Origin: a virus
Taxonomy: Duplodnaviria; Heunggongvirae; Uroviricota; Caudoviricetes
Length of the DNA: 64,000 nucleotides
Virus record (IMG/VR): IMGVR_UViG_3300031853_000005
Coordinates: 53,469-117,468 of that record
Strand: one strand, 5' to 3'
Below are positions 1-9,654 of the stretch, piece by piece. A program made the translations under genes and the position numbers. Numbering within the stretch: position 1 is the stretch's first letter; the number at the start of each line of letters is the position of its first letter. The notes under the pieces were generated by a model. That model was not told where the DNA came from. It searched no databases and saw only the letters and a program-made list of their open reading frames with translations.

Positions 1-76
1 AGATCATCGACGCTCATATCCCAGACGTGGAAATGTGGACAGTCTTTTGTCCAGCAATCCTTTGGAAATCTATCCA

Positions 77-340
77 TTACTCAGCCTCCTGTTTCAACCA
101 AGCAAGGATGTTTTCCCAACGAGTCATCTCTTTCTCGTCGTAATCAGTATAGCCAAAAGCATCGCACACCGACTTGAATATAAACATCTGATTTCTAAAT
201 ATCCACTCAGCCAACTCTTCATCCGTCATATTCCGAATGTGGTCAGCGTTTGTCTCCGGTCTGAAGTCTTCGCACTCTGTTATCCTGGAATCGTATCCTG
301 TGCAACTTTTATCCGCACATTTTGAACAAAGCTCCATCAC
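77..340 (-). CDS. hypothetical protein (87 aa)
   Basis: ORF in minus-strand block, tandem with neighbouring minus ORFs; no recognisable motif. Confidence 0.4.
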   Translation of the reverse strand: MMELCSKCADKSCTGYDSRITECEDFRPETNADHIRNMTDEELAEWIFRNQMFIFKSVCDAFGYTDYDEKEMTRWENILAWLKQEAE

Positions 341-585
341 TCTGCCACCGTCTTTTCGCCTTTAATCGTTGCGACCAGGGAAACTGTCCTTCCGTCTTTC
401 ATTTTCCATTCATATCCGAAAGAGTTCTGCCCATTTTTCATGTTCGACAAGTACCAGTCGAGAACAGCTCTCTCCGCTTCGTCGGTCACGCAGGACTTGT
501 TCTGCCACTCATAACCGTTCTTCTTGAGCGTACCGGCGTAAATACCGGCAAGTCCACATGAAACATGATATTCAGCCATCTGCAT
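337..585 (-). CDS. hypothetical protein (~82 aa; start trimmed to internal Met)
   Basis: ORF 337..660; N-terminal 25 aa are low-complexity and overlap the upstream gene, internal MQMAEYH start preferred. Confidence 0.4.
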   Translation of the reverse strand: MQMAEYHVSCGLAGIYAGTLKKNGYEWQNKSCVTDEAERAVLDWYLSNMKNGQNSFGYEWKMKDGRTVSLVATIKGEKTVAE

Positions 586-892
586 TCCTCCGATCCCGTT
601 CCGCCCAGAGTTCCTGTTCCCACTTGACCCAGCCTGGTTTATCGATGGTCGTGCTGCCATAGTCGTTGTATTCTCTCTGCCGCTTACAGTCAGCGATCAT
701 AACGCCGAGAGCTTTGTCTCCGATCTTCGGAAGGAGCGGTCTGACTACATCTCTGATCAGAGAGGGCATATAGGTCTCGCGCCCCATACAGTATCGCAGA
801 GCGCAAGTGCAGAGACAGCCGAAGTCCTGCTCATCCATTTCCACTTTGAGCGTTCCCTTTTTCTGTCTCATATAAACAGCACCCCCATTCAC
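572..892 (-). CDS. hypothetical Cys-rich protein (106 aa)
   Basis: ORF, same orientation as block. Confidence 0.45.
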   Translation of the reverse strand: MNGGAVYMRQKKGTLKVEMDEQDFGCLCTCALRYCMGRETYMPSLIRDVVRPLLPKIGDKALGVMIADCKRQREYNDYGSTTIDKPGWVKWEQELWAERDRRNADG

Positions 893-1162
893 TCATAAAG
901 ATGTAACTTGGAGCGTCTTTCTCGCAGCCAAGCATATATTCAAACTGACTCACCTGATCTTCTTTATAATGTTTACAGGTTTTACAAGGTGTTACAATCA
1001 CCATTCAATCACGCTCCATACTTGCTTTAGTCAAAGTCTTCATCGCCATGCTCATTCTCGCACTCTTCCTTGTCCTGATAACCGAGCTTGCATCCTTCGA
1101 TGTAATACTGCTTGCCGCCGCCGATAAATTCTTCGCAATCCCAGATTGCATATCTACATTCA

Positions 1163-1411
1163 TTACAGTTCATTTACAAGTCTCCACTTGCAGCCATCGC
1201 AGGCACCGATGTGGCGATCCACATATTTTCCGCACTTCAGGCAGAGTTCATTACGACACTCATTAAAGAGCTTGCGAGAAACAACGTCTGCCGCAGGAAT
1301 CATGTTTACATACTTTCTGGCAAGGTTCAGTGCAATATTGTTTCCATTCTGATCTTCGATCCACTCGTCGATCTCGTCCAGGGCTTTCTTCTTCTCGATA
1401 AACTCAATCAT
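1163..1411 (-). CDS. zinc-ribbon protein (82 aa)
   Basis: CxxC..(n)..CxxC pairs (CLKCGK...CDGCKW). Confidence 0.5.
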   Translation of the reverse strand: MIEFIEKKKALDEIDEWIEDQNGNNIALNLARKYVNMIPAADVVSRKLFNECRNELCLKCGKYVDRHIGACDGCKWRLVNEL

Positions 1412-2100
1412 TGTGATGCCCCTCCGTTGTAGCGCGGAATGTGATTAAGGATCTCTTGGATTTTGAACTTGTTCCCGGTTTTCTCTAATTCGTCGGATTT
1501 AAATCCGTCGCAAGTAGAACCGTCGCTGAAGATCAGGTAGATGTTATCTTTATAATCAGCATTGGTGACAACGCCATAGATTCCGTCCCTGATAATTTTA
1601 ACTTCGTCGCCGACGCGGATCTCTTCCTGGTACTCTTTAATCATCCTGATGATGTCCTCCGCATCATACATCTCAAAGATATCGGTGATCAGGCGAGTAC
1701 CAAAGATTTGGTTGATCTCGTTATCGCTCAGACCAGTCTTGCCAGCAGGGAATAGGATTGCGCAGACTGCGTTGTACATGTCGGACAGACCTCTGTCATA
1801 ATCATCCTCGTAAGCCATTTTGCCATCAGCGTATCCTTTCTGGTAGCATTTGGTCTGCTCATTAACGAGAGATGTGAGAGTGTCAGAGTCGATTTTGTAC
1901 TGGTGATCTGAACCATCTTTGAATCCAGTGTCGTAAACCTTGTCGCGCTCGATCTCAGCGTCAAACTCCGGTAGCTTTGATAGACCGAAGTCATCGAAGA
2001 CGAGAGAGTTGAAACCTTTGACCGGATAGAGGGTCTTACCGTTGAGCTTAAAGCCATCGCCAAGCTCGATCACATATTTCTTACCGCTGTTATCTTCCAA
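1408..2100 (-). CDS. hypothetical protein (230 aa)
   Basis: ORF with AGGAGG RBS (rc of gcagtaacctcct at 2101-2113); 4-nt overlap with downstream gene. Confidence 0.6.
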   Translation of the reverse strand: MEDNSGKKYVIELGDGFKLNGKTLYPVKGFNSLVFDDFGLSKLPEFDAEIERDKVYDTGFKDGSDHQYKIDSDTLTSLVNEQTKCYQKGYADGKMAYEDDYDRGLSDMYNAVCAILFPAGKTGLSDNEINQIFGTRLITDIFEMYDAEDIIRMIKEYQEEIRVGDEVKIIRDGIYGVVTNADYKDNIYLIFSDGSTCDGFKSDELEKTGNKFKIQEILNHIPRYNGGASQ

Positions 2101-2394
2101 AGCAGTAACCTCCTAAAAGTTATTGTCTATTGCAGATAGAACCGAATAAAGAACAGCTCCGGGGAGCTTCCTTTCACGGTGAGCATTGTACCACCTTGAA
2201 GAACAATTGTCAATAACTAAATATGAATTATTTGTAAACGAATGCTCCGCAGCGCCTTTTCCACCTTCACCACGGAGCATAGCCATCGAAGACCAGGATG
2301 ATGATACAACAGATCGGAGTTGGAGTCAAGCGAAAAGGGGAGGGGAGCGGAGATCCATCGCCGGATACTTTTCTTCTTTCTTTTAAAACCCTAT

Positions 2395-2580
2395 GTACAT
2401 ATATAGGTAATGTACATTTATTTTCTTTCTTCTTTTGTAAATTACTATATATATACTATATATAAGTAATTACCAAAGAATAGTAAATTACTCTTTAGAG
2501 TAATAAACATTACTTTTAATCTTCTTTAATTACTATATATAGTAAATTACTCTATTAAGAATCTTAAAAGTAATGTTACG
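2395..2580. repeat. cluster of >=7 palindromic GTAAT(N)TTAC / TAATTACT sites in AT-rich DNA
   Basis: Direct reading: gtaatgtac, gtaaattact, agtaattacc, agtaaattactc, taattactatatatagtaaattactc, agtaatgttacg. Confidence 0.6.
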
Positions 2581-2689
2581 ATGACTGCTCGTCTTTTACA
2601 GAATGTTCAACCTGGAATCAGGTAAACGCCAGATGTAAAATCCGATCAGTATCGTATTCATACCTGACATAATATTTTTTTTATTTTCT

Positions 2690-2800
2690 TTTTAATTAAT
2701 CTGAAATCATAACAAATAATTATTAAAAGTTTTGAATTTAGTTTATTTTTGTAGTATTTAAAAACTATTTTAATATGTTTACTTTCGTATGTTAAAGTTT
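2690..2800. other. extremely AT-rich tract (DNA-unwinding-element-like)
   Basis: Greater than 85% A+T over ~110 bp, no ORF. Confidence 0.5.
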
Positions 2801-3274
2801 GAGTTTCGCAGAATCGTAAGTTGCCTGGGTTACGATCTCTCTTGCGTTGGCTGTTTTCGGCTGGTGGTATAAGTTTTCGCTGTTTTATGTGATTTCAGCC
2901 GATTTTTCGCCGGAGTAAAATTGACTATGGTTTTTTCATATAAGCTGCCTGATCGTGGGAAGTTTATACTTCTGAAATTTAGTACGGTCAGATTTCATCT
3001 ATTGGTGGTTTAGGATCATGATTTTTTGGGTTAACGGTAAACTGCCAGTAATAGGGAAGTGATAGATTTGCAGTTGTGAAAAGTGAAATTCGTTTTGAAA
3101 GTGGCTATTTGCGGGAAAAATATGTGGGGGAAATGAAACACATGCCCGGGATTCGCCTGGAATTCAACGGTCTACAGATGTAAACCCATGCCGTCATGAA
3201 ACGTTTCATGATCAGGCTACAATTGTAGACTGTCGCAACTGAAGAAAAGCGCATTATCTTCAGTTACCACCAGG

Positions 3275-3374
3275 TTAATTAACAGAGTGAATTAATAGGT
3301 TGTTCAACAGTGTTAATCAAATAATTGTTCAACAGCGTGAAACAATCGATTGTTTAACAGAGTTAATCAATGCA
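3275..3374. repeat. iteron array: 4 direct ~25-bp repeats TTGTT(C/T)AACAGnGTnAAnCAA
   Basis: Copies at 3275, 3300, 3325, 3350 with exact 25-bp phasing. Confidence 0.75.
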
Positions 3375-3419
3375 GCGTCCGAGGCGAATGACAAATAATT
3401 AACATTCGATCCCATCCGT

Positions 3420-3457
3420 CAAATTCTTGTCAATCCTTGCCAAATTCTTGTCAATCC
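3420..3457. repeat. tandem direct repeat 2x CAAATTCTTGTCAATCC
   Basis: Exact 17-bp copies at 3420 and 3441 separated by ttgc. Confidence 0.8.
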
Positions 3458-3701
3458 ATCCGCTTTTTCTCGCGTATAATTGTAATATATATTTCAATAT
3501 ATAGGCGAAAAATCCAGGTCAGGGGAGTATACAGAAAAATGCATAAACGCAGCCAAAACATGAATAAATATTTTTTTACATGAATTTCCGGACGCTAAAA
3601 TGCCGATCCAGTTCAATTCTATTGCACTTTGACCGCGATTTTGATCACTTTCGGCATGAATAAGTTAGCATAATCGCAAAAAGTACAACAAAAAATAGTT
3701 G

Positions 3702-3730
3702 TTGACAAATGCACTTTGACGTGCTATCAT
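3702..3730 (+). promoter_or_regulatory. sigma-70 promoter (TTGACA-17-TATCAT) preceded by A-rich UP-like element
   Basis: aaaaaatagttgTTGACAaatgcactttgacgtgcTATCATaagg; member of the promoter family repeated through the window. Confidence 0.6.
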
Positions 3731-3736
3731 AAGGCC

Positions 3737-4190
3737 ACAGTCAAGGAACGGAGGCGAAAACTTAATCACCTGAGCGGACTTCAATGATTCTTCAAAGTGG
3801 TAGGCTATGAAACAATGCTAATTTAGTGCCTCATGGGAGGGAGGCAAGAGAAGGCAAGAAAGCAAGTGCCACAAATTCAACTGTACTTTGACAACTGAAG
3901 ATAGGGAAGGTCAAGATACCATCTTGAAACAAGCTTGTGAAAATTGCTTTAAGTGGCTTCTTAATAACCTGCAAAAGCTTTGAGGTGCTCATGCACGACA
4001 GTAAAAGCAAGTAGCAACTGCAAACACTCTAAATCATAGCTCATTCGCGATAGAGTAAAGGCAATTGGTGGAGGTGAAGACAAGCTAAACCTGAAGCAAG
4101 TCAAGAGTAGCGAGGACTCTTTCAAGAATGACCGCGAGGTGAGAAGCCTGGCGAGGGGAAACGGACTAAAGACAACTTGAAGGTTGTTTC
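3737..4190 (+). ncRNA. ORF-less purine-rich transcript/leader downstream of strong promoter (candidate regulatory RNA or long 5' UTR)
   Basis: No ORF >=60 aa on either strand from 2386 to 4191; GA-rich caag/gaag repeats. Confidence 0.3.
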
Positions 4191-4255
4191 TTGTGTTCTG
4201 AAAACAGAATTCAAGAAAGAGCTTTCAAAGCTCTGAAATTTATGGAGGTGCTAAT

Positions 4256-4562
4256 TATGACTTATATCATGTTCCTGGGTCTCAATGATCAAAACGCAAA
4301 AATCCAGCTTGTTTCCACTGAAGACGCGAAAAAGACAGTTTCCGATTATTGCGCGCATGTACTGGGATTTGCCACTATATCCGAGGCAAGCGGTGTATAC
4401 ACGCATGAAAACGGCACGACAGTTCAAGAAACGACACTTCAAATCAAAGTTAGCGGATGCAGTGAAGAACAGATCCGCGAGGCTGCCAACTTTTTCAAAG
4501 CAACTTTCAATCAAGAGTCAATCGGACTTCTTTCGATCCCTTATGATATCGGTTTAATCTGA
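4256..4562 (+). CDS. hypothetical protein (102 aa)
   Basis: GGAGG RBS 8 nt upstream of ATG 4256 (ORF track 4191..4562). Confidence 0.6.
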
Positions 4563-4606
4563 TCAAAAAAACAATAGTCAATGACTAAAGACGGAGGTAC
4601 AAAACA

Positions 4607-4915
4607 ATGACAAAACGCGAATTGAAGACAGTACGCGATACTTTCAACAATGTTTCAAGAAATTTCACATGGTGCGACAACTATGCAACTGAAGAGCTGA
4701 AAACACTCTTCAAAATTCTTGACAGTTTCGGTCTTTCCTGGTCATGCACCGAGGACAAATACCACTGGATCGATGGAAAACCTACAACAAAAAGTCAAGT
4801 CTATAGAATCGAAAAAGATGAGGAAATTTTGGAAACCGTCCTGATCATTGACAGATACTATGGTGCGGATTTTTTGGATAATGGACACTGTGAACTTAAC
4901 TGCTATCTTGCCTGA
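4607..4915 (+). CDS. hypothetical protein (102 aa)
   Basis: ORF with GGAGG RBS. Confidence 0.6.
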   Translation: MTKRELKTVRDTFNNVSRNFTWCDNYATEELKTLFKILDSFGLSWSCTEDKYHWIDGKPTTKSQVYRIEKDEEILETVLIIDRYYGADFLDNGHCELNCYLA

Positions 4916-4918
4916 AAA

Positions 4919-4977
4919 GTTTCAACTAAAGCGGATTTTTTGATGGAAAGTCCGCTTTGATGGGAACTTTTCCCATA
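4919..4977 (+). terminator. conserved intergenic hairpin element copy 1 (TCAACTAAAGCGGA...TCCGCTTTGATGGGAACTTTTCCCATA)
   Basis: Inverted repeat agcggat..(loop)..atccgct followed by second small hairpin tgggaa..ttccca; 3 copies in window. Confidence 0.5.
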
Positions 4978-5004
4978 TAAAAAATACTTTGGAGGTTAGA
5001 AAAA

Positions 5005-5262
5005 ATGAAAGAACTGAAAACGCGCTATGATCATGCGAAGAGCTTTTACGGAAAAGCTCAAATCATTGTGGAAAATGGGATCATTTATCTCAAGTCCTAC
5101 AATACAAGAGTTTGTTCCATTGGAAAAGATGGAAAATTTCGGCGGCATTGGGGAGGATATTCCGCGACAACTATGCGGCATATCAATGAATTCTGTAAGC
5201 AGTACGGAATTTCCGATGGCGGAAAATCCTGGTGGTGCGGACTGGAAGTTGTCAACTGGTAA
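5005..5262 (+). CDS. hypothetical protein (85 aa)
   Basis: ORF with GGAGG RBS. Confidence 0.6.
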   Translation: MKELKTRYDHAKSFYGKAQIIVENGIIYLKSYNTRVCSIGKDGKFRRHWGGYSATTMRHINEFCKQYGISDGGKSWWCGLEVVNW

Positions 5263-5263
5263 A

Positions 5264-5326
5264 GTTTCAACTATAGCGGACAATCGGAAAATTTGATTGT
5301 CCGTTATGATGGGAACTTTCCCATAA
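5264..5326 (+). terminator. conserved intergenic hairpin element copy 2
   Basis: tcaactatagcggacaatcg..cgattgtccgttatgatgggaactttcccata. Confidence 0.5.
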
Positions 5327-5344
5327 AATTAAGGAGGTTTAAAA

Positions 5345-5527
5345 ATGAGCACAAAAAGATTCTATGATGTGGAACGTGACGAGGTTTACACCCTGGAAGA
5401 TTTGAAAGAATCTTTCATGGAAGATTTGACGGAGGAGGAAAGAGAAGAATATAACGGCAACTTTTGGCTGTACCTGAAAGAATGCACAAGTAAAAACGGA
5501 ACTTTGGAAGAATTGACGGAGGTATAA
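5345..5527 (+). CDS. hypothetical acidic protein (60 aa)
   Basis: ORF with AGGAGG RBS. Confidence 0.55.
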   Translation: MSTKRFYDVERDEVYTLEDLKESFMEDLTEEEREEYNGNFWLYLKECTSKNGTLEELTEV

Positions 5528-5531
5528 GAAA

Positions 5532-5954
5532 ATGTTCAAGAAAGAATACAGTTTGGAAAATTTCAGAATCGATTGTAACAAGCCTATTCTGTCTACAACT
5601 GGACAGTTTGTTAGTCCTGCAACATGGGAAGGAAAATTCTGGAATATCAATCTTTCAAGTATCTTGTCAAGATTGATTGTTGATACTGGAAGATTTGCGG
5701 AAAATTACGCAAGCGATTTGTTCATAAGCTGGAAGTCGTTCGAAAAAGAATTGGAAAATCCTGACTATAGCGGAGGCAAGTATCTATTCGGAATAAGACA
5801 AAGCGGTGTAGATCATGAGAGTTTTCTGATTAGTCGGTTCAATGATATGCAGTATCATGCAGAAAATTACTATCGGAAAATTTATGTGATGATTGTCACC
5901 GTCGAGCCTGATGGTTATATGACAGTTGAGTTAGGGGAGGCGAGTATCAGATAA
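5532..5954 (+). CDS. hypothetical protein (140 aa)
   Basis: ORF, 4-nt spacing after previous gene. Confidence 0.6.
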   Translation: MFKKEYSLENFRIDCNKPILSTTGQFVSPATWEGKFWNINLSSILSRLIVDTGRFAENYASDLFISWKSFEKELENPDYSGGKYLFGIRQSGVDHESFLISRFNDMQYHAENYYRKIYVMIVTVEPDGYMTVELGEASIR

Positions 5955-6086
5955 CGGAAAATTTGACAACACTTTGGAATAATCCAGCGGCTTTATTGAT
6001 GGAGGTTTACCGCTATAACAACAAAATTCCATTGCCACTGATCAAAAATGATCAAAACACTTTGGAAAATATGGAGGAAAATTTGA

Positions 6087-6275
6087 ATGAACTATCTTGT
6101 TATTGAGAAGCTGCCTGTCCGCAATGGTTACAAAATCCATGCGGAAATCTTTACGGAAAAATCCTGGTGCTATGATTCTGTAAAATACTATGACTATTCT
6201 TTGAGAGAAGCGGAAAAAAGATATCGCCATCAGTTCGGACTTGTTGGAAAACATCTTATCAAGACAACTTTTTGA
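6087..6275 (+). CDS. hypothetical protein (62 aa)
   Basis: ORF with GGAGG RBS. Confidence 0.5.
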   Translation: MNYLVIEKLPVRNGYKIHAEIFTEKSWCYDSVKYYDYSLREAEKRYRHQFGLVGKHLIKTTF

Positions 6276-6288
6276 GGAGGAAAAGATC

Positions 6289-6627
6289 ATGGAAAAAATC
6301 ACAAGAAAGTCTTTCACTGAAGCAATTTGCGGAAACAATACGGCATTCTTTGGAGCACCGAGGCACGAGGCTGCCTGGGTTTGTGACCGTCTGGAAAATG
6401 CCATCAAGAATACAGATTTCTACATGGTAGAACAGAGGACTGCTACACCGAAAAGCAATGCAATTCAGTTCTGTAACGGTTCAATGCTGTACTTCAATCA
6501 GAAGTGCGAAAAAACTTGTTACCATGCGGAAGTTATGGGAAAACATGTGTACATGTTTGAGGAAAAATACATTGATCGGATAAACGAAACGGAAAATTTC
6601 ATCACTTGTGTTTATTGTGTTGTATGA
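6289..6627 (+). CDS. hypothetical Cys-rich protein (112 aa)
   Basis: GAGGAGG RBS then ATG 6289 (ORF track 6241..6627). Confidence 0.55.
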   Translation: MEKITRKSFTEAICGNNTAFFGAPRHEAAWVCDRLENAIKNTDFYMVEQRTATPKSNAIQFCNGSMLYFNQKCEKTCYHAEVMGKHVYMFEEKYIDRINETENFITCVYCVV

Positions 6628-6754
6628 AGATGGAAGAAATGATTAGAAAAGAATTTGGAAAAGATGCGGAAGAAATAATTGCTTATATCAATTGCGGATA
6701 TTCTGTTGATGCTGCAATTCAAACTGTTATTGAAAAATAAGGAGGAAAAATTAA

Positions 6755-6990
6755 TGAGAAAATTTAAGTATGCAACTGTATCGAGGACTATGGATCTTGG
6801 ATATCATGCCACGATATCCGATGCGGAAAACCTGGTGGATCATAACACGGCGGTGTTCGCTGATTTAGTCGGAAATATTAACTTGCTGCCTGACGATATT
6901 TACGATATCTCTGTACTGAGCTATAGCGGATTTGAAACATGGGAAGAGCTGGAAAAATTCTGCAAAGAAAGAGACTATACAATCGTATAA
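6755..6990 (+). CDS. hypothetical protein (78 aa)
   Basis: AAGGAGG RBS + ATG 6755 (ORF track 6679..6990). Confidence 0.55.
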
Positions 6991-6992
6991 CA

Positions 6993-7037
6993 TCAACTAA
7001 AGCGGATAATTTGAAAAGATTATCCGTTTTGATGGGT
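6993..7037 (+). terminator. conserved intergenic hairpin element copy 3
   Basis: tcaactaaagcggataat..attatccgttttgatggg. Confidence 0.5.
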
Positions 7038-7077
7038 GCTATGCATCACAACTGGAAAATTTAAGGAGGAAAATTTA

Positions 7078-7638
7078 ATGCGAGACCTGATGACCTATGC
7101 AAACTTCTGTATGGAAATGTTGGATGATATCGATGTTCCGTATCGCAAAGTAGAACAGTTCACGATCAACACAAGAGCGAGAAGATGGGGACTGTGTTCC
7201 CTGCGAGATGGAAAATATTATATCCAAATCAATGTAACGCTCCTGGATGAACGCAATGGAGAAGATGGATTAATCAACACAATTCTTCATGAGCTTCTTC
7301 ACACTTGCCCTGACTGCATGAATCACGGTGCGCAATGGAAATTTTGGGCTGAGAAAGTCCGGAAGGCATATGGATATAATATCAAGAGAACAAGCGACAA
7401 CGACGAGAAAGAGGTAACAACTGGAAATCTTAACTACCATCAGAGAGAATACAAGTATCATGTGTATTGTGAGAAGTGCGGAAAACTTGTCACAAGAAGA
7501 AAGAGAAGAAGCGATCTGCTGGATAATTTGGGAAGATATGTTCATAGTGGCTGCGGTGGAAAACTTTACTACACCGATACTGAATATCCTGATTCTAAAT
7601 TTGTTGTGTATTCCATCAAAACTGCCGCGAATAACTGA
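7078..7638 (+). CDS. SprT-like zinc metallopeptidase with C-terminal zinc ribbon
   Basis: HELLH (HExxH) motif in ILHELLHTCPDCMNHGAQW; CEKCG..CGG ribbon. Confidence 0.55.
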   Translation: MRDLMTYANFCMEMLDDIDVPYRKVEQFTINTRARRWGLCSLRDGKYYIQINVTLLDERNGEDGLINTILHELLHTCPDCMNHGAQWKFWAEKVRKAYGYNIKRTSDNDEKEVTTGNLNYHQREYKYHVYCEKCGKLVTRRKRRSDLLDNLGRYVHSGCGGKLYYTDTEYPDSKFVVYSIKTAANN

Positions 7639-7648
7639 GGTGGAGAAT

Positions 7649-7861
7649 ATGACAAACGATCAAATTATCCAGGAAGAAACAAAGAGACTGCGACAGCTTG
7701 GAAAAATTGGAAAGAATGAAGAGATCAATACATATGACTTTTGGAAAAACTTAGGAATGACACCGAGGCAAGAGGCACCTATCACAAGACTAAAGATGAA
7801 GAACAGTAAAGGATATTACTGCTGGAAAAGTTTTTGGAGTACATCACAAATTAGTTGTTGA
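7649..7861 (+). CDS. hypothetical protein (70 aa)
   Basis: GGTGGAG RBS + ATG 7649. Confidence 0.5.
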   Translation: MTNDQIIQEETKRLRQLGKIGKNEEINTYDFWKNLGMTPRQEAPITRLKMKNSKGYYCWKSFWSTSQISC

Positions 7862-7886
7862 CAATTGTACATAAAGATGATAATAT
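7858..7886 (+). promoter_or_regulatory. sigma-70 promoter TTGACA-17-TAATAT
   Basis: agttgTTGACAattgtacataaagatgaTAATATaag. Confidence 0.5.
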
Positions 7887-8021
7887 AAGATCGATGGGAG
7901 GCAATGACAATGGAAAAAATCAAATGGTTCTTATCTGAGTTGGCAAAGGGAATGATCCTGGGCTTTTCTATTACACTGTAATTGGAAAATTTTACACAAC
8001 TGTGAAAGGAGAATGGAAAAT

Positions 8022-8258
8022 ATGCGAAAGTTTACGAAGAAGTTCATTAGAGATTATATCACAGACTGCGGCGCGGAAGACCTGACAAATGAGAACTACA
8101 TCACGGTGAGGGAACTTTTCAAGAAAGAAGATGTTCATGAAATCGGTTATCACTGTGGAACTTATGGTCAGGATGCCGGACTTTTTCAGAGTCGCAAGAC
8201 TGGAAAATTCTATGTGATCCTGAAGCGCAATACCACACTGCTGGCAAACGTAATCTGA
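8022..8258 (+). CDS. hypothetical protein (78 aa)
   Basis: AGGAG RBS + ATG 8022. Confidence 0.55.
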   Translation: MRKFTKKFIRDYITDCGAEDLTNENYITVRELFKKEDVHEIGYHCGTYGQDAGLFQSRKTGKFYVILKRNTTLLANVI

Positions 8259-8342
8259 TTGTCTGCTGAAAGATTGGATGGAGTTGGAGAATTCCATCCA
8301 TGATTTGAACAAACAATTCAAAATAATAAAGGAGAAAATAAC

Positions 8343-8630
8343 ATGGAAAAATTAGTTCTGAGAAGAGAGTTCGATCCGTATCGATGTGCCTGGAATTTCC
8401 TGGCGGTGTTCCCTGGTGATCCTGCAAATGGTGGAAGACTTGCTGCCACTGCGTTCTATTTTGACAACTATGGTAGAGCAATGTTTGAACCGTATGGAGA
8501 AATTGATAGACAGTATTACTACTGCAAGACAAAGCGAGTGCGGAAAAACTCATTCGAAGCTGTGAAGTGCAAAGCTGTTCTGGAAGCTTACTACAATACA
8601 GAATTCAAACTTATGGAAAAGATCATGTGA
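8343..8630 (+). CDS. hypothetical protein (95 aa)
   Basis: ORF with AGGAG RBS. Confidence 0.55.
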   Translation: MEKLVLRREFDPYRCAWNFLAVFPGDPANGGRLAATAFYFDNYGRAMFEPYGEIDRQYYYCKTKRVRKNSFEAVKCKAVLEAYYNTEFKLMEKIM

Positions 8631-8637
8631 GGAGGAT

Positions 8638-8874
8638 TTGATCATGACAAAGAGACAGAAAGAGATTATTGCGGATAACCTGAGAGCGTTCACCGTCAAC
8701 TTTGGAGACGTTCGTATTGAGAAATACGGAAGAGGATACTATGTGTATTATCCGGCAACTGCGGAGAATTACATCCAGTATTGCTACGATATCAACTATC
8801 TGAATGGATGGCTGTATGGTGTCGTGCAAGGGCATATGCGCGGAGAGTTTAAACATAGCTCTCTTGATGATTAA
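8638..8874 (+). CDS. hypothetical protein (78 aa)
   Basis: GAGGAGG RBS. Confidence 0.55.
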   Translation: MIMTKRQKEIIADNLRAFTVNFGDVRIEKYGRGYYVYYPATAENYIQYCYDINYLNGWLYGVVQGHMRGEFKHSSLDD

Positions 8875-9042
8875 GGAGGTGGAAACTATGAGACCTGGCA
8901 AGCTGGAAAATCTGGTGTCGAGTGGTTTCTGTTTCCTGAGAGAGTGCGGAGAAAATGCTGCGATCTTTGAAAACAAATTCACTGGACTGTGGTTGGAATT
9001 TCACTTTGATAATAATACTTATAGGATTATGGAGGTATAAAA

Positions 9043-9228
9043 ATGGATGAGCTTGAAATAATGGCAACAAAACTTATCGAGCTGTCTGGAATTGAAACAG
9101 ATGAATACACAAGAGATGATGTTGCGGCGGCACTTGGAGATATCCGTTATTGGGCTGGAAAGTTTGAAAATGAGGAACCATATGGATGGCATGAACTGTG
9201 GAGAGTTCTGAAAGGAGTTACGAAATGA
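9043..9228 (+). CDS. hypothetical protein (61 aa)
   Basis: GGAGG RBS. Confidence 0.5.
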   Translation: MDELEIMATKLIELSGIETDEYTRDDVAAALGDIRYWAGKFENEEPYGWHELWRVLKGVTK

Positions 9229-9458
9229 AAGTATATATTGTTTCTGCTGATCTGTGGAGCTGTGCTGACCTGGTGGCGAAGGATGATTCACTTGGAGTTC
9301 TGAGCCATTATGATGCGCTGGAAAATCGCGCTGTGTTTAGTAGCAAAGAAAAAGCTGAAGCTTTCGCGAACGAACTTAGAGAAAGCAATAAGTGGGATGT
9401 GGAGAATCTTGGCTGCGATCATATGGAATATGTTGTGAATGAATGGGAGGTTATTTAA
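9225..9458 (+). CDS. hypothetical protein (77 aa)
   Basis: AGGAG RBS + ATG 9225, 4-nt overlap with upstream gene. Confidence 0.55.
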   Translation: MKVYIVSADLWSCADLVAKDDSLGVLSHYDALENRAVFSSKEKAEAFANELRESNKWDVENLGCDHMEYVVNEWEVI

Positions 9459-9641
9459 ATGAAACTTTACTACCATCAGACCAGCGGTGGAGCTGAGTAT
9501 TACAGTACAACTTTTGTTACCTGTCCTAATGGAGAAAAAGAAGGAACATTTGATGGCGTGATTATGCGCGTCGATGGTGGAGAAATTGAAATCTTCACCG
9601 AGCAGTTGAAGAGACAGAACATCAAACTTGTAATTAATTAA
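9459..9641 (+). CDS. hypothetical protein (60 aa)
   Basis: GGAGG RBS. Confidence 0.5.
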   Translation: MKLYYHQTSGGAEYYSTTFVTCPNGEKEGTFDGVIMRVDGGEIEIFTEQLKRQNIKLVIN

Positions 9642-9654
9642 GGAGGAAAAATTA

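Noticed and set aside
337-660. Full-length 107-aa reading of this minus ORF
   Set aside because: The first 25 residues are low-complexity (Ser/Gly/Asn-rich) and overlap the upstream gene by 89 nt; the internal Met start is preferred.
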